44,590 nucleotides of DNA. It comes from Planctomycetaceae bacterium (GTDB lineage Bacteria; Planctomycetota; Planctomycetia; Pirellulales; Thermoguttaceae). Below, piece after piece: positions 25,125 through 35,100 of the stretch. The notes beneath the pieces were generated by a model. The model saw only the letters and a program-made list of their open reading frames with translations, ran no database searches and was not told the DNA's origin. Within the stretch, counting starts at the first letter, position 1. Each line of letters begins with the position of its first letter. The position numbers and the translations under genes were made by a program. Where the stretch lies: assembly GCA_031289675.1 (NCBI GenBank), contig JAITOZ010000008.1, forward strand, positions 1 to 44,590, written 5' to 3'.

Positions 25125-26944
25125 TCTTCCACCCCGCTCAAAAATTTGTAAGCAATATACGCCTTAATCTTTTCAGCAAAAGCGGTTTCTGTCAACGTAC
25201 TGTAATCCGTTTCCATATAGGATTCAGCGCACCACTCGTCATCGGCAGTTACGGCTTTCGTGATACTTAAACCGGGTTTTGTCTTGCGGTTCATAAAAAG
25301 TGTCATCCACTCCGCTTTAATCCGGTTCTTAAATTCGTTGAAGAGGTCAATCCGTCCCTTGTTTTTTCGCTTAACGAAGCCGTCTTCTTTGAAATAGCCG
25401 AAGAAAACTTCTTTGTTTTTCGGGTGAGGACGTTTCGCAGTGAAAACCATAATACAGGAAACTACATTGACTTTAGAATTGAAAAACAATTCATTCGGCA
25501 TTGAAAAGACCGCCTCCAATGTGTGGAGTTGCAATACTTTCTTTTTGAATTCATATACTTTGCCGTTTGTTGCCAATGCTGCCTGCATTGGAACAATCAC
25601 AACACAACGTCCGCCTTGTTCCAAACATTCCAGATTATTGAGGATAAATTCGAATTCGTCTGTATCTCTTTTCTTATCCCCTTTGTAAGGCGGATTGAGC
25701 AAGCCGACCGTCGGATGGTACTTTTTGACCTGCTCCATTATTTCTTCGTCAAAACAACTGCCGTTCAAAATGTTCGTCTTGCCGTCCTGATGAATGAACA
25801 TATTAGAACAGGCAAGTGAAAAGATGTGTGCCTGATATTCGACTCCGATAAGTTGTTTCTGCTTGATACGGCGGATAGTTGCCGAATCCCATTCGGCATC
25901 TGCAATCATTTGTTTCATTGCAGAGACCAAAAAGCCGCCGGTGCCGGTACAGTTGTCGTAAATCACACTGTCTCTGTTGACTTCGGCGACACTTGCCATA
26001 AACTCCGTGATGTGCGGCGGTGTCAGAACAATACCCAGTCCTTTATCAGAATTAGCATAGCGTAAAAATTCGACATACAGTTGTCCAAGAACGTCAAAGT
26101 ATTCGTGAGTCTTGATGAAATCTCTAATGTTCGAGTCCACATCACCGATAACGTCGCGCAAAACATTGTCTTTCTTGGACAATGTTGTATCGGTCGTGAT
26201 GAAGGCAAAGCGGCTGCTTAAAATTTCCAGTTTTGCGGAATCAATTTTGCCGTTTTGGAATTCATTTTTAACCGTCAGCACCAAATAATCGGCTAATTGT
26301 TTCGGATTCGTGTACGTGTGATATGAAGCGGCAAATCCCTTATTTTCCAAAGCGATAAGAATACAACTCAAAAGAAGCCCCCGGTCGCTTTCAACGATTT
26401 TATGCGTGTGCAGATTTTCATTGAGTTGCCGGGCAAAGTCGAGCAGATTATCGTAATCCTGGCGGAACTTTTCGGGACTCTGAATATATCCGGTGCGGTA
26501 ATCGTCCGTCGGCAAAAGGGAATTGCCGAACATCAACACTGTTTTGGTCTCCCCTTTCAACTGCAAGAAGTGCGAGACTTTTAACTGACCGGCAGTTTGA
26601 CCGCTTACGGCAATGGATAGCACATCATAATCCTTTGCCAAATACGAGGCGTAAAGCAAAACGCCGTCAACGGCGTAATCCTTGTACTGGTCACGTGTGA
26701 GGCTTTCGTGCTTGTTCGTTTCCGGCTTACATTCGATGACAATGATGAATTTCGGGTCGTGCTTGTATTGAATAATGAAATCCGGCTGTCCTATTCTCTC
26801 TCCGCTTTTGGAGGCGGTCGAAAGCAATTTTTGAATCTTTGCATTATCCGACCGTTGTTCCTCGACAATCACGTCATCGGCAAACTTTTCAAAATGTTTT
26901 CGGACAACCTGTTCCGTTTTGCGTTCGTTTGACATAATGTCCAT
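25121..26944 (-). CDS. Fused PD-(D/E)xK endonuclease and N6-adenine DNA methyltransferase (BcgI-A-like type IIB R-M enzyme)
   Basis: N-terminal GQPDFIIQY...FIIVIECK (PD...ExK, nt 26726-26785). HsdM-like TPPHITEFM...DNCTGTGGFL (motif I) and NPPY (nt 25685-25696). No HsdR gene nearby. ATG 26944 is chosen because of the promoter at 26984-27012; ATG 26935 is also possible. Confidence 0.75.
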   Translation of the reverse strand: MDIMSNERKTEQVVRKHFEKFADDVIVEEQRSDNAKIQKLLSTASKSGERIGQPDFIIQYKHDPKFIIVIECKPETNKHESLTRDQYKDYAVDGVLLYASYLAKDYDVLSIAVSGQTAGQLKVSHFLQLKGETKTVLMFGNSLLPTDDYRTGYIQSPEKFRQDYDNLLDFARQLNENLHTHKIVESDRGLLLSCILIALENKGFAASYHTYTNPKQLADYLVLTVKNEFQNGKIDSAKLEILSSRFAFITTDTTLSKKDNVLRDVIGDVDSNIRDFIKTHEYFDVLGQLYVEFLRYANSDKGLGIVLTPPHITEFMASVAEVNRDSVIYDNCTGTGGFLVSAMKQMIADAEWDSATIRRIKQKQLIGVEYQAHIFSLACSNMFIHQDGKTNILNGSCFDEEIMEQVKKYHPTVGLLNPPYKGDKKRDTDEFEFILNNLECLEQGGRCVVIVPMQAALATNGKVYEFKKKVLQLHTLEAVFSMPNELFFNSKVNVVSCIMVFTAKRPHPKNKEVFFGYFKEDGFVKRKNKGRIDLFNEFKNRIKAEWMTLFMNRKTKPGLSITKAVTADDEWCAESYMETDYSTLTETAFAEKIKAYIAYKFLSGVEE

Positions 26945-26983
26945 TAGACCTGTTCCAGAACCTGCGCTTTCAATTCTCCGTTG

Positions 26984-27012
26984 AGTATAGAGCAGACGAG
27001 TTTTGTCCGCAA
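26984..27012 (-). promoter_or_regulatory. Sigma70-like promoter of the R-M operon
   Basis: Minus strand: TTGCGG (27012-27007), a 17-nt spacer, then TATACT (26989-26984), about 40 nt upstream of ATG 26944. Confidence 0.4.
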
Positions 27013-27117
27013 GAGGTGCAATAGGATTCAGAGCCGCCGTCGCAAGATGACGGACACTTCGCAATCTTGCGGTTACGGCTTGATGCTCTGCTTTTCTTGC
27101 GGAGATAGATACTTAAC

Positions 27118-28083
27118 TTAACGTCTGTTTTTCTCGCGGTATATTTTGCTTGCCTTTTGCAGGAACGCCCGCTCTTCGGCAGTTAAACCGCCTTCACCGA
27201 CCTGACCGTAGCGTGCCAGTATCGCGTCCAAACGGCGGTTGAACTCCGCTTCCTCCTGCTCTTCGCCGTCTCCATTGTCGGCAAAGATGCGCAGCGAGGG
27301 CTTGAATGGCTTCGGCTTGACATTTTTTCGTCTCGTGGAATGAAGAGAAATATAATAGTTGTCCGTCAAACGCACGCCCCGCCTCAAAAAGATAAAATAA
27401 TACAAAGTGGCAAATGCTGCTCCCGTTAAATGGATTGTATAAGCAACTCCCTCGTTGTTTATTCCCGAAGCCCCCATTGCGTCCATCAAGACGATAAACA
27501 TACCGAGTCCCCACATCGGCACCGGTAAAATGCCGTAAACATAGAGAACTTTATTCGGATAGAGCCACGCAAATAAAACCACAATACCGGTAATGCCGCC
27601 GGATGCTCCTAATGCTGCCGCCCGCGGCGAGTTGTAATTGGTCAGCGCAAAGACGATACCGCCCAGCAATATCGTTACAAGATAAAAGAAAAGATACTCG
27701 GTGCGTCCCAGATAGTCTTCAACGTTATCGCTTCGGACAAGTCCGAAACCGCCCGGTCCGATACCGAGCATTAGTCCGTAACCGAACATTATCAAACTGA
27801 TTAAATTGCCGCCGATGTGCCAAAGAGTGGACGGGTCGTGAACGAAACCATAAGTGATGAACTGCCACCATTCGAGCGGATTACGGATGGACGAAGCATT
27901 AAGGCTCAACAAGGCGGTCAGGGTGTTGCCCTCAAAAAATAACCCATTGGCAAGCCAGAGAGCGATATTGACGATAACGAGTTTCATCGTTACGGACATA
28001 CCGCTGCCGTTGCTGCGCCGCCGGCGTTTTGGTTCGTCTTCTGAAGGGTCATAGCGGTTATAATCTCGGTCGCTGAATGCCAT
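27118..28083 (-). CDS. Rhomboid-family intramembrane serine protease
   Basis: WHIGGNL (H..N) and GASGGITG (GxSG) motifs with 6+ TM helices. Start placed at ATG 28083. The track's TTG at 28194 adds an implausible Cys/Phe-rich AT-rich extension. Confidence 0.8.
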   Translation of the reverse strand: MAFSDRDYNRYDPSEDEPKRRRRSNGSGMSVTMKLVIVNIALWLANGLFFEGNTLTALLSLNASSIRNPLEWWQFITYGFVHDPSTLWHIGGNLISLIMFGYGLMLGIGPGGFGLVRSDNVEDYLGRTEYLFFYLVTILLGGIVFALTNYNSPRAAALGASGGITGIVVLFAWLYPNKVLYVYGILPVPMWGLGMFIVLMDAMGASGINNEGVAYTIHLTGAAFATLYYFIFLRRGVRLTDNYYISLHSTRRKNVKPKPFKPSLRIFADNGDGEEQEEAEFNRRLDAILARYGQVGEGGLTAEERAFLQKASKIYREKNRR

Positions 28084-28190
28084 ATAAAAAGTCTTGCAAA
28101 AATTCGTGAAAAAAAAATCCCGCAAAGGGGTAATGAAATTATTCGCTGCAAACCGTTTCATAACGGTTTTTTGCCCATCAATGAAACACT

Positions 28191-29588
28191 TCAATTAAAC
28201 ATTGACTTAAAGACCTCCCTTGCGGCTTCTACCGTTTTCTTTATTTCGTTTTCAGTGATTGCGGCGGAGACAAAAAAGGTCTCAAACTGACTGCACGGAA
28301 AATAAAAACCGCGTTCGAGCATTGCCCAAAAGAATTTAGCGTACTGCTGTGTATCACATTCGGATGCCGTTTTCCAATCGGTGATTTTCACGGAAAACGC
28401 ACTGCCGCTTGAACTCGTTGCCGTCGAACGTGTAACTTTTCCGCCGCCGAACGAGACGTTTTCTATGCGGTACTTTGCAGAACTGTCGTGTGTATCGGTG
28501 AGAAAAAACAGCGTCATCATCGAGCCGATTTGTTCAATCTGTATCGGCACTCCCGCTGCTCTTGCTTCGTCCTCAAACCCTTCGGCGAGCATTGCCGTGT
28601 GCCGCTCCAATGCTGCGAACACCTTCGGCTGCAGCAAAGTTTTAAGTGTTGCAATGCCCGCCGTCATTGCTAACGGATTACCGGAAAGCGTTCCTGCCTG
28701 AAAAACTTTTCCTACCGGCAGCACGTTGTCCATTATTTCCGCCTTTCCGCCGTAAGCCCCGACGGGCAATCCGCCGCCGATGACTTTGCCGAGTGTTGTC
28801 AAATCCGGTGTGATGCTGAACCGCTGACCGGCACCGGCTTTACCGGCTCGGAAACCGCTCAACACTTCATCAAATATCAGCACCGTCCCGCTTGCCTGCG
28901 TCAGGTGCCGGAGTTCGTAGAGGAAATTAGAACTGCCGATGACGCATCCCATATTTCCGGCGACGGGTTCGACAATCACCGCCGCTATTTTGCTGCCGCT
29001 TTTTTCAAACGTCTCTTTTAATGCATCGACATCATTGTAGGGCAGAAGGATTGTATCCTGTATGCTGCCCGGTGTTACGCCCGGTGAATTAGGAACGCCG
29101 AGCGTCGCAGCACTGCTGCCGGCTGCAACGAGCAGCGAATCAACGTGTCCGTGATAATTGCCGATAAACTTAACAATTTTCGTCCTGCCGGTGTAACCGC
29201 GTGCCAGCCGGATTGCCGACATCGCTGCTTCTGTGCCTGAATTAACGAACCGGATTTTTTCAATGGACGGTACGTTGTCGATGATTATTTTGGCGAGTTC
29301 GTTCTCTAATTCGGTCGGCGTACCGAAACTGGTTCCGCTTTGCAGTTGTGATTGTAGAGCGGCAATAACGGCAGGATGACCATAGCCGAGAATCATCGGT
29401 CCCCAAGATTGGACGTAATCGAGGTAGCGGTTTCCGTCAACATCGATGAGGTATGCCCCTTCACCGCGATGCATTACAATGGGTTCGCCGCCGACGGCAC
29501 CAAAAGCGCGGGCGGGACTGTTCACTCCGCCGGGAATTAACTTTTTTGCTTCGAAAAAGACGGCTTGACTGCGTTCGTGTGAAAGCAT
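28191..29588 (-). CDS. hemL: Glutamate-1-semialdehyde 2,1-aminomutase
   Basis: IPGGVNSPARAF, FDEVLSGFR and the PLP lysine context TLGKVIGGG. It is 465 aa, with a ~35-aa insertion relative to typical ~430-aa HemL. Confidence 0.95.
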   Translation of the reverse strand: MLSHERSQAVFFEAKKLIPGGVNSPARAFGAVGGEPIVMHRGEGAYLIDVDGNRYLDYVQSWGPMILGYGHPAVIAALQSQLQSGTSFGTPTELENELAKIIIDNVPSIEKIRFVNSGTEAAMSAIRLARGYTGRTKIVKFIGNYHGHVDSLLVAAGSSAATLGVPNSPGVTPGSIQDTILLPYNDVDALKETFEKSGSKIAAVIVEPVAGNMGCVIGSSNFLYELRHLTQASGTVLIFDEVLSGFRAGKAGAGQRFSITPDLTTLGKVIGGGLPVGAYGGKAEIMDNVLPVGKVFQAGTLSGNPLAMTAGIATLKTLLQPKVFAALERHTAMLAEGFEDEARAAGVPIQIEQIGSMMTLFFLTDTHDSSAKYRIENVSFGGGKVTRSTATSSSGSAFSVKITDWKTASECDTQQYAKFFWAMLERGFYFPCSQFETFFVSAAITENEIKKTVEAAREVFKSMFN

Positions 29589-29695
29589 ATAAACGGCTTG
29601 GACTACATTAAACTCCGTATCCTAACATACAAGGGGGCAATTATAACATATAAAATTGCCGTGTGCTAGACGTGCTGTCTCGAATTTATCGTAAC

Positions 29696-29857
29696 GGGTA
29701 AATACACGCCCCGGCAATATTGTGCCGATTTAATATTGACGCTTATGATGCCTGTTATCTTGAAATAGCCGAGCGGTTTGAATTGCCTGCGTTGACCTTG
29801 GTGAGACAAATAAAACAGTGTGCAATGAAATTCAATATTCCAATTTTGGAGGTGTAA
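29696..29857 (+). pseudogene. C-terminal remnant of a PIN-domain (VapC-like) toxin
   Basis: Encodes ...NIDAYDACYLEIAERFELPALTLVRQIKQ..., which matches the conserved C-terminal D-A-x-D-A-x-Y-L-x-x-A...P-L-x-T segment of VapC toxins. Only about 53 codons are open after a TAA. Confidence 0.5.
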
Positions 29858-29858
29858 A

Positions 29859-29975
29859 ATGCAGGTAATAGCCTATTCAGAAGCGTGCCGGGATTTTCTG
29901 AAAATTTTTGATATTGCCGTTAAAGAAGAAGCCGTTATTGCTAAAGAGGACGGGATAGTGTCATCGAAAGTATGA
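29859..29975 (+). pseudogene. Truncated Phd/YefM-family antitoxin (38 codons)
   Basis: GGAGG RBS, then MQVIAYSEACRDFLKIFDIAVKEEAVIAKEDG..., comparable to the YefM N-terminus MRTISYSEARQNL...V.E....I. The stop comes after 38 aa, versus about 85 aa for intact antitoxins. It is below the ORF-track size cutoff. Confidence 0.45.
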
Positions 29976-30058
29976 TACGGACAAACGCAATAACTATCAT
30001 TTATGCTGGTTTATGGTACAATGGCGGGCGATGGACTCCCGCATCCTTGTGAATTCCT

Positions 30059-31837
30059 TTGAAAAACTTCCAACCGCAACTTTTTTCCGTTTTGCACGAA
30101 GGCTATACGGCAAAACAACTTCTCAACGATACCATTGCCGGTATTATCGTTGGTATTGTTGCCCTGCCGCTGGCAATCGCTTTCGGGATGGCAAGCGGTG
30201 TTACGGCTGAACAAGGACTTTACACGGCAATCATCGCCGGTTTTCTCGTTTCAGTCTTTTCCGGTTCCCGCGTCCAGGTAGGCGGTCCTACCGGAGCGTT
30301 TATCGTCATCGTCTATGGTATCGTTCAGGCACAGGGCATCGAAGGACTGATGCTTGCTACCATCCTCGCCGGTGTGTTGCTGATTCTTATGGGACTCTGC
30401 GGTCTCGGAACATTTATCAAATTTATTCCGTATCCCGTTACGCTCGGCTTTACTTCCGGCATTGCCGTTGTAATTGCTGTCTCACAGGTGCCGCAATTTT
30501 TCGGACTTGTTCTCGGCAGCGAAAAAACGCCTGCCGAATTTGTTATGAAAATGCTCTTTTTTGCCAACCATTTTAACTGCGTTAACTATTGGACGCTCGC
30601 CGTTTCCGCCTTTTCTGTTGCCGTTATTCTGCTGACCCCGAAATGGACGAAACGGGTTCCCGGTTCACTCGTTGCCGTTTTTCTTTGCAGCATTGCCGTT
30701 GCCGTATTTCATATCCCTGTCGATACTATCGGTCAGACTGTCGGCAAGGAAGCGGTGCCGCTGCACCTTGATTTGCCGGTGTTTGCGTTTCCCGTCAGTA
30801 ACTGGAACCGGCTTTTTGCGAATATGTCAAGTATTGTCAACGCTGCCGTTGCCATTGCGATGCTCGGTGCTATCGAATCGCTGTTGTCTGCTGTCGTTGC
30901 CGATGGAATGACCAGCACGAAACACCGCTCGAACACGGAACTTGTTGCGCAGGGGATTGCCAACGTCATTACACCGTTTTACGGAGGGATACCGGCGACC
31001 GGTGCCATTGCGCGGACAGCAACGAATATCCGTAACGGCGGACGAACGCCGGTTGCCGGTGTCGTTCACGCTGTAACGCTGCTCGGTATTGTTGTCTTTT
31101 TCGGAAAATATGCGGCAATGATTCCACTGGCGGTTCTTGCCGGCATTTTAATTACCGTTGCGCTGAATATGTCGGAGTACCGGCTGTTCTTGCGGACAAT
31201 ATACCGTGCGCCGAAAAGCGATACGTCGGTAATGCTGATAACGTTTTTTCTGACGGTGTTTCTTGATTTGACGATTGCGATTCCTGTCGGACTGGTTTTG
31301 GCATCATTCCTTTTTATGCGGCGGATGGAACACGAATTCGGCACCGGTTTGGCGGACAATCAACTATGCCAATTCAGCGAAGATGACCCGCACGAAGACC
31401 CGGCGGCACTGCGGCTCTTCGACGTGCCGGACGGAGTTCACGTTTATGAAGTCAGCGGTGCATTATTTTTCGGGGCGGCAGGCAAGTTTCAGGCGGCAAC
31501 ATCGGGCAATACCTGCCGGGTACTTATCTTCCGTATGCGGAAAGTCCCGATGATGGATTTGACGGGGGTCAATGCCATCGAGGAGTTGCTTCACAAAGCC
31601 GAAAAGGACAAAACAACGGTTATTTTTACAGCGATTCAGCGTCAACCGATGTCGGTGATGGAGCGGTACGGTTTGATTGAAAAAATCGGCAGACAAAATA
31701 TCTGCGATACCATTGTAGAGGCATTACCTTATGCAGCGGACATTGTTGAGGAACAACTCGCGAGGGAAAAGGAAGCGAAACTTTTAGAGTCCGGTAACTC
31801 GGCAAATTTTCTCGTGAATCTTTTACGCCGGAAATAG
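30059..31837 (+). CDS. SulP-family anion transporter with C-terminal STAS domain
   Basis: The N-terminal motif LLNDTIAGIIVGIVALPLAIAFG, about 10-12 TM helices, and a C-terminal STAS-like segment (VRVLIFRMRKVPMMDLTGVNAIEEL). TTG start at 30059. Confidence 0.9.
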   Translation: MKNFQPQLFSVLHEGYTAKQLLNDTIAGIIVGIVALPLAIAFGMASGVTAEQGLYTAIIAGFLVSVFSGSRVQVGGPTGAFIVIVYGIVQAQGIEGLMLATILAGVLLILMGLCGLGTFIKFIPYPVTLGFTSGIAVVIAVSQVPQFFGLVLGSEKTPAEFVMKMLFFANHFNCVNYWTLAVSAFSVAVILLTPKWTKRVPGSLVAVFLCSIAVAVFHIPVDTIGQTVGKEAVPLHLDLPVFAFPVSNWNRLFANMSSIVNAAVAIAMLGAIESLLSAVVADGMTSTKHRSNTELVAQGIANVITPFYGGIPATGAIARTATNIRNGGRTPVAGVVHAVTLLGIVVFFGKYAAMIPLAVLAGILITVALNMSEYRLFLRTIYRAPKSDTSVMLITFFLTVFLDLTIAIPVGLVLASFLFMRRMEHEFGTGLADNQLCQFSEDDPHEDPAALRLFDVPDGVHVYEVSGALFFGAAGKFQAATSGNTCRVLIFRMRKVPMMDLTGVNAIEELLHKAEKDKTTVIFTAIQRQPMSVMERYGLIEKIGRQNICDTIVEALPYAADIVEEQLAREKEAKLLESGNSANFLVNLLRRK

Positions 31838-32047
31838 AGTGTTTCCCTACCCCTCCTACGGGGCTGTTGCAATGCCGGTCGGAGTCAATAAGGTTTGCAG
31901 CCTCTTTGTAACACTCTTTTCGTTCTTGCCCGTTTTTAGAAGTTGCCTCTCAAAACGGATACGAAACAATTTTTTTCTATTTTCCGCTAATGCGGTTTTT
32001 GCGGGCGTAGCAGATTGTTGCCCTTAAAGTTCCGCTATTTTATTTAC

Positions 32048-32076
32048 TTTAACATATCACTCCGTTCGATTATAAT
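32048..32076 (+). promoter_or_regulatory. Candidate promoter of the giant-gene pair
   Basis: TTTAAC (32048-32053), a 17-nt spacer, then a perfect TATAAT (32071-32076), about 30 nt upstream of GTG 32105. Confidence 0.3.
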
Positions 32077-32104
32077 CGGGAGAGTCTTGTTATATGCAGA
32101 ATTT

Positions 32105-35100
32105 GTGCGCAAAATACCGCTGTTTCACCCCTTAAGGGGATTATTGGGGATACTGTGTCTGCTGCCGCTTGCCGTTTCGGTATACGGACAAGGGACAGCC
32201 TCCGGAACAGCAGCACTGCCCGCTGGCACGCCGAACATCCAAAAAGTCCCGCTCGATGCCGTTGTCGTTTTCAACCCCGAAGGAAAACGCTCTATCTATC
32301 TTCCCGAAGGATGGCCGCTCAACGTCCTTGACGAGTTCCATCACTTTTTATTGCAAGACCAGCAGCCCGCCGTGCCGTTCGTCATTCAAGATGTTTCGGC
32401 AAGCGGTAAAGTGAACGGGAACCGCATCGAAGCATCCGCAACCATCTCGTTAACGATACCCTCGTCAAGCGTTACAGGCGGTATAACCGCTGCAAGCCGC
32501 AGTGTCCGGGTACCGCTTGCTTTGCGGGAAGCCGTCATTGCCGGAAACGGGAACATCACCGTGAACGATAAAAACTGGCAGGCGTTTCTCCTTGCCGACG
32601 GCAGCGGTTATGCGGTTTTATTGACAAGCAAAGAGAGCGGAAACGCTCCCGTTGCGCTGAAACTGGAATTGCCGCTGTGGTTTCCTATCCGGAATAACGG
32701 CTTTTCCATTACCTATCCGCTGACAGCATCTTCATCATTTTTATTACAAATACCGGAAACAGGTATTGAAGCAGCCGTTACGGGCAATTCGCTGCTCGAC
32801 CTCAAAACATCGGAAACAATCACCGAAATAAAAATGACCGGTTTGCGCAGCACAACCGAAATCCGCTGGCAAAAGAAGGATACGCAAAAAACAGAGGCAG
32901 GCATCTTGACGGTCGAAAAAGCGTTTTACGCTTATAAACTCGATGCTGCTTCAAGCGTTTGCGAAGCCGTCATTCCGGTAAGCATTTCGGCGGGCAGTAT
33001 CAGTAAATTGCAGATAAGGCTGCCGCAAGAAACGAAAATCGATATGGCGGCAACAGAAATATTGTCCGCCGGAAATTATTCGGTCAGTGTGCCGGACAAA
33101 GATTTTGTAACGAATATTCTCTTGACGGACAAGGTGGCTTCGCAAGTGACGCTTAAGTTAAAAACGCTTCAGGTCTTTAAGTCCAATGAAACCGGTTTTA
33201 CACGGGAATTAAACGGTTTTGAAGTCGTCGGAGCAGAACGTCAATCGGGCAGTTTATCGGTGTCGGTTCCGGCGGGAATGAAATCCAGTTGGGAATTAAG
33301 CAGCGGTATTCGGCGCACGGAAAATTTACCGTCAGAAAGCAAAGACGCACTGAAACCTTCGGGCAGCGTTCTCAACAGCACGGCGGCTTTCCACGAATTT
33401 ATTGCGCAGCCGTTTTCCTTAAAAGTCCGGGCGGCATTGCCGCAAACACGGACAAACGTCAAGGCGGAGTTTCAGTATTACGTCAGCAAAGGACTGTTGC
33501 AATTAACCGGACGCTTCGGCTACACCGTCAGCGGTTCCAAGACGGATAAATTATGGATACAGATGGCGGACAACCGGTGGAATGTCGAAGTCGGACCGCA
33601 AGGTCTTGTCGATACCGTGAATGTGGAACAAGACGAAAAAGGACTCTTGACGGTGCCGCTGCGTAATCCTGCTGACGGAACATTTACCCTTGAACTGCGC
33701 GCCTACCGGCTCTTATCGCCGGAAAAGGAACAAGGGCATCCGCCGAAAGCGGACGCACAGACAAATACACAACCGCTGGTTCTCACGCTGCCGAAGGCAT
33801 TGGTCACGTGGAACGAACCGGCACCGGTTGTCATTGCCGCCGCTAACGATGTTGAAATTCAGCCGATAGATACCGGCAGCGGCAGCAAAACACAGCAAAT
33901 CACGGGGTTAACACGTATCAGCCGCCCTTCGGCAGCACACCTTGATATTGCCGAAGGATTACAGCAAGAGCCGCTGTTTTATTTGAGCGAACCGACCGGC
34001 GGAACCTTTGCTGCGGATATGATTATTCACCGGCAGCAGGCGGCGGCATCAATACAGACCGAAATCCGTCCCTGCGATGAATATTCGTACGTTAGGGAAA
34101 CGATAGCATACAACGTTGCCTATCTGCCGGCAGACAAGTTGTATTTTCAGGTGCCGAAAAATATCGAGTCTGCCGGCAGCGTGCAAATTCGTTACGGAAA
34201 TAAAACATTAGAGTTGAGCGATGTTTCCGGCGATGACAAAAACAACGCATCGGAACGCTGGATAAAAAAAGTGTTACAATTACCAGAGCCGCTTTTCAAG
34301 TTTCAACTCACGCTACAGTATTCGATACCGAAGATTGTGCTTGCCGAGGGTGTGACCGAATCAATGACGCAGCAATTTGTTTTGCCGGTGAACATTCCGG
34401 TAGCGGAACATCGTGTCGATGTTACTCTGCCACAAGGCTACCGCATCGAATTACCGGAAGAACAAAATACAGAATGGACGGCGGTAAAAGACCGGCAAAT
34501 GACGGCATCGGATGTTTCCGCCGTTTTCCGGTCGTCCGAACCGGCAGAAAGAATTGTATTCAGAATTTCTGTTACGGAATCTGATTTTGATTCGGCACTC
34601 GTTGCCGAACGGACTTGGCTGCAAACTTGGTTAACCGGTACGCTCCGGCAGGATAGAGGAACCTATTTATTAACGGCAAAACGCGATTCGATAACGATGA
34701 GACTGCCGCCGGAAGCAGCAAGAGAGCAGCGGGTTTTCGTCCGCATTGACAATGTTCCCGTCAAGGCAGAGGTTTCCGCAGCGGGAGTTTTGTCTATTCC
34801 GCTGACGCTTCAGCAGCGTAACCGGCAGATTTATTTGGAAATTGATTACCGCTTTGATTCGGGAACGCTCGGCAATGCGGCGGTACTGACACCTCCTGTG
34901 TTCGAGAACGAAACGGTCATACGTTACGCTTTTTGGGAAATCATTCTGCCTTCACAGAAATATATCATCGGATTTCCGAAAGATTGGATACCGGAATACC
35001 GCTGGCTTTGGCGGGGCTTCTTTTTTAAGCGGACAGCGTCGATACAAAAAGAGGATGCCGGTTTGACTGCCGACCCCGCAGACGTTGCGGCAATCATCGC

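Noticed and set aside
24186-27064. Type I R-M (HsdM/HsdS) interpretation
   Set aside because: There is no HsdR within the island. The methylase carries its own N-terminal PD-ExK motif, and the S protein is short and lacks long coiled-coil spacers. A type IIB (BcgI-like) system fits better, but REBASE comparison is needed.
32015-32104. TTG 32015 as the start of the first giant gene
   Set aside because: The extra 30 residues (LPLKFRYFIYFNISLRSIIIGRVLLYAEF) lie over the AT-rich putative promoter (TATAAT at 32071). GTG 32105 gives a canonical signal peptide. This remains uncertain.
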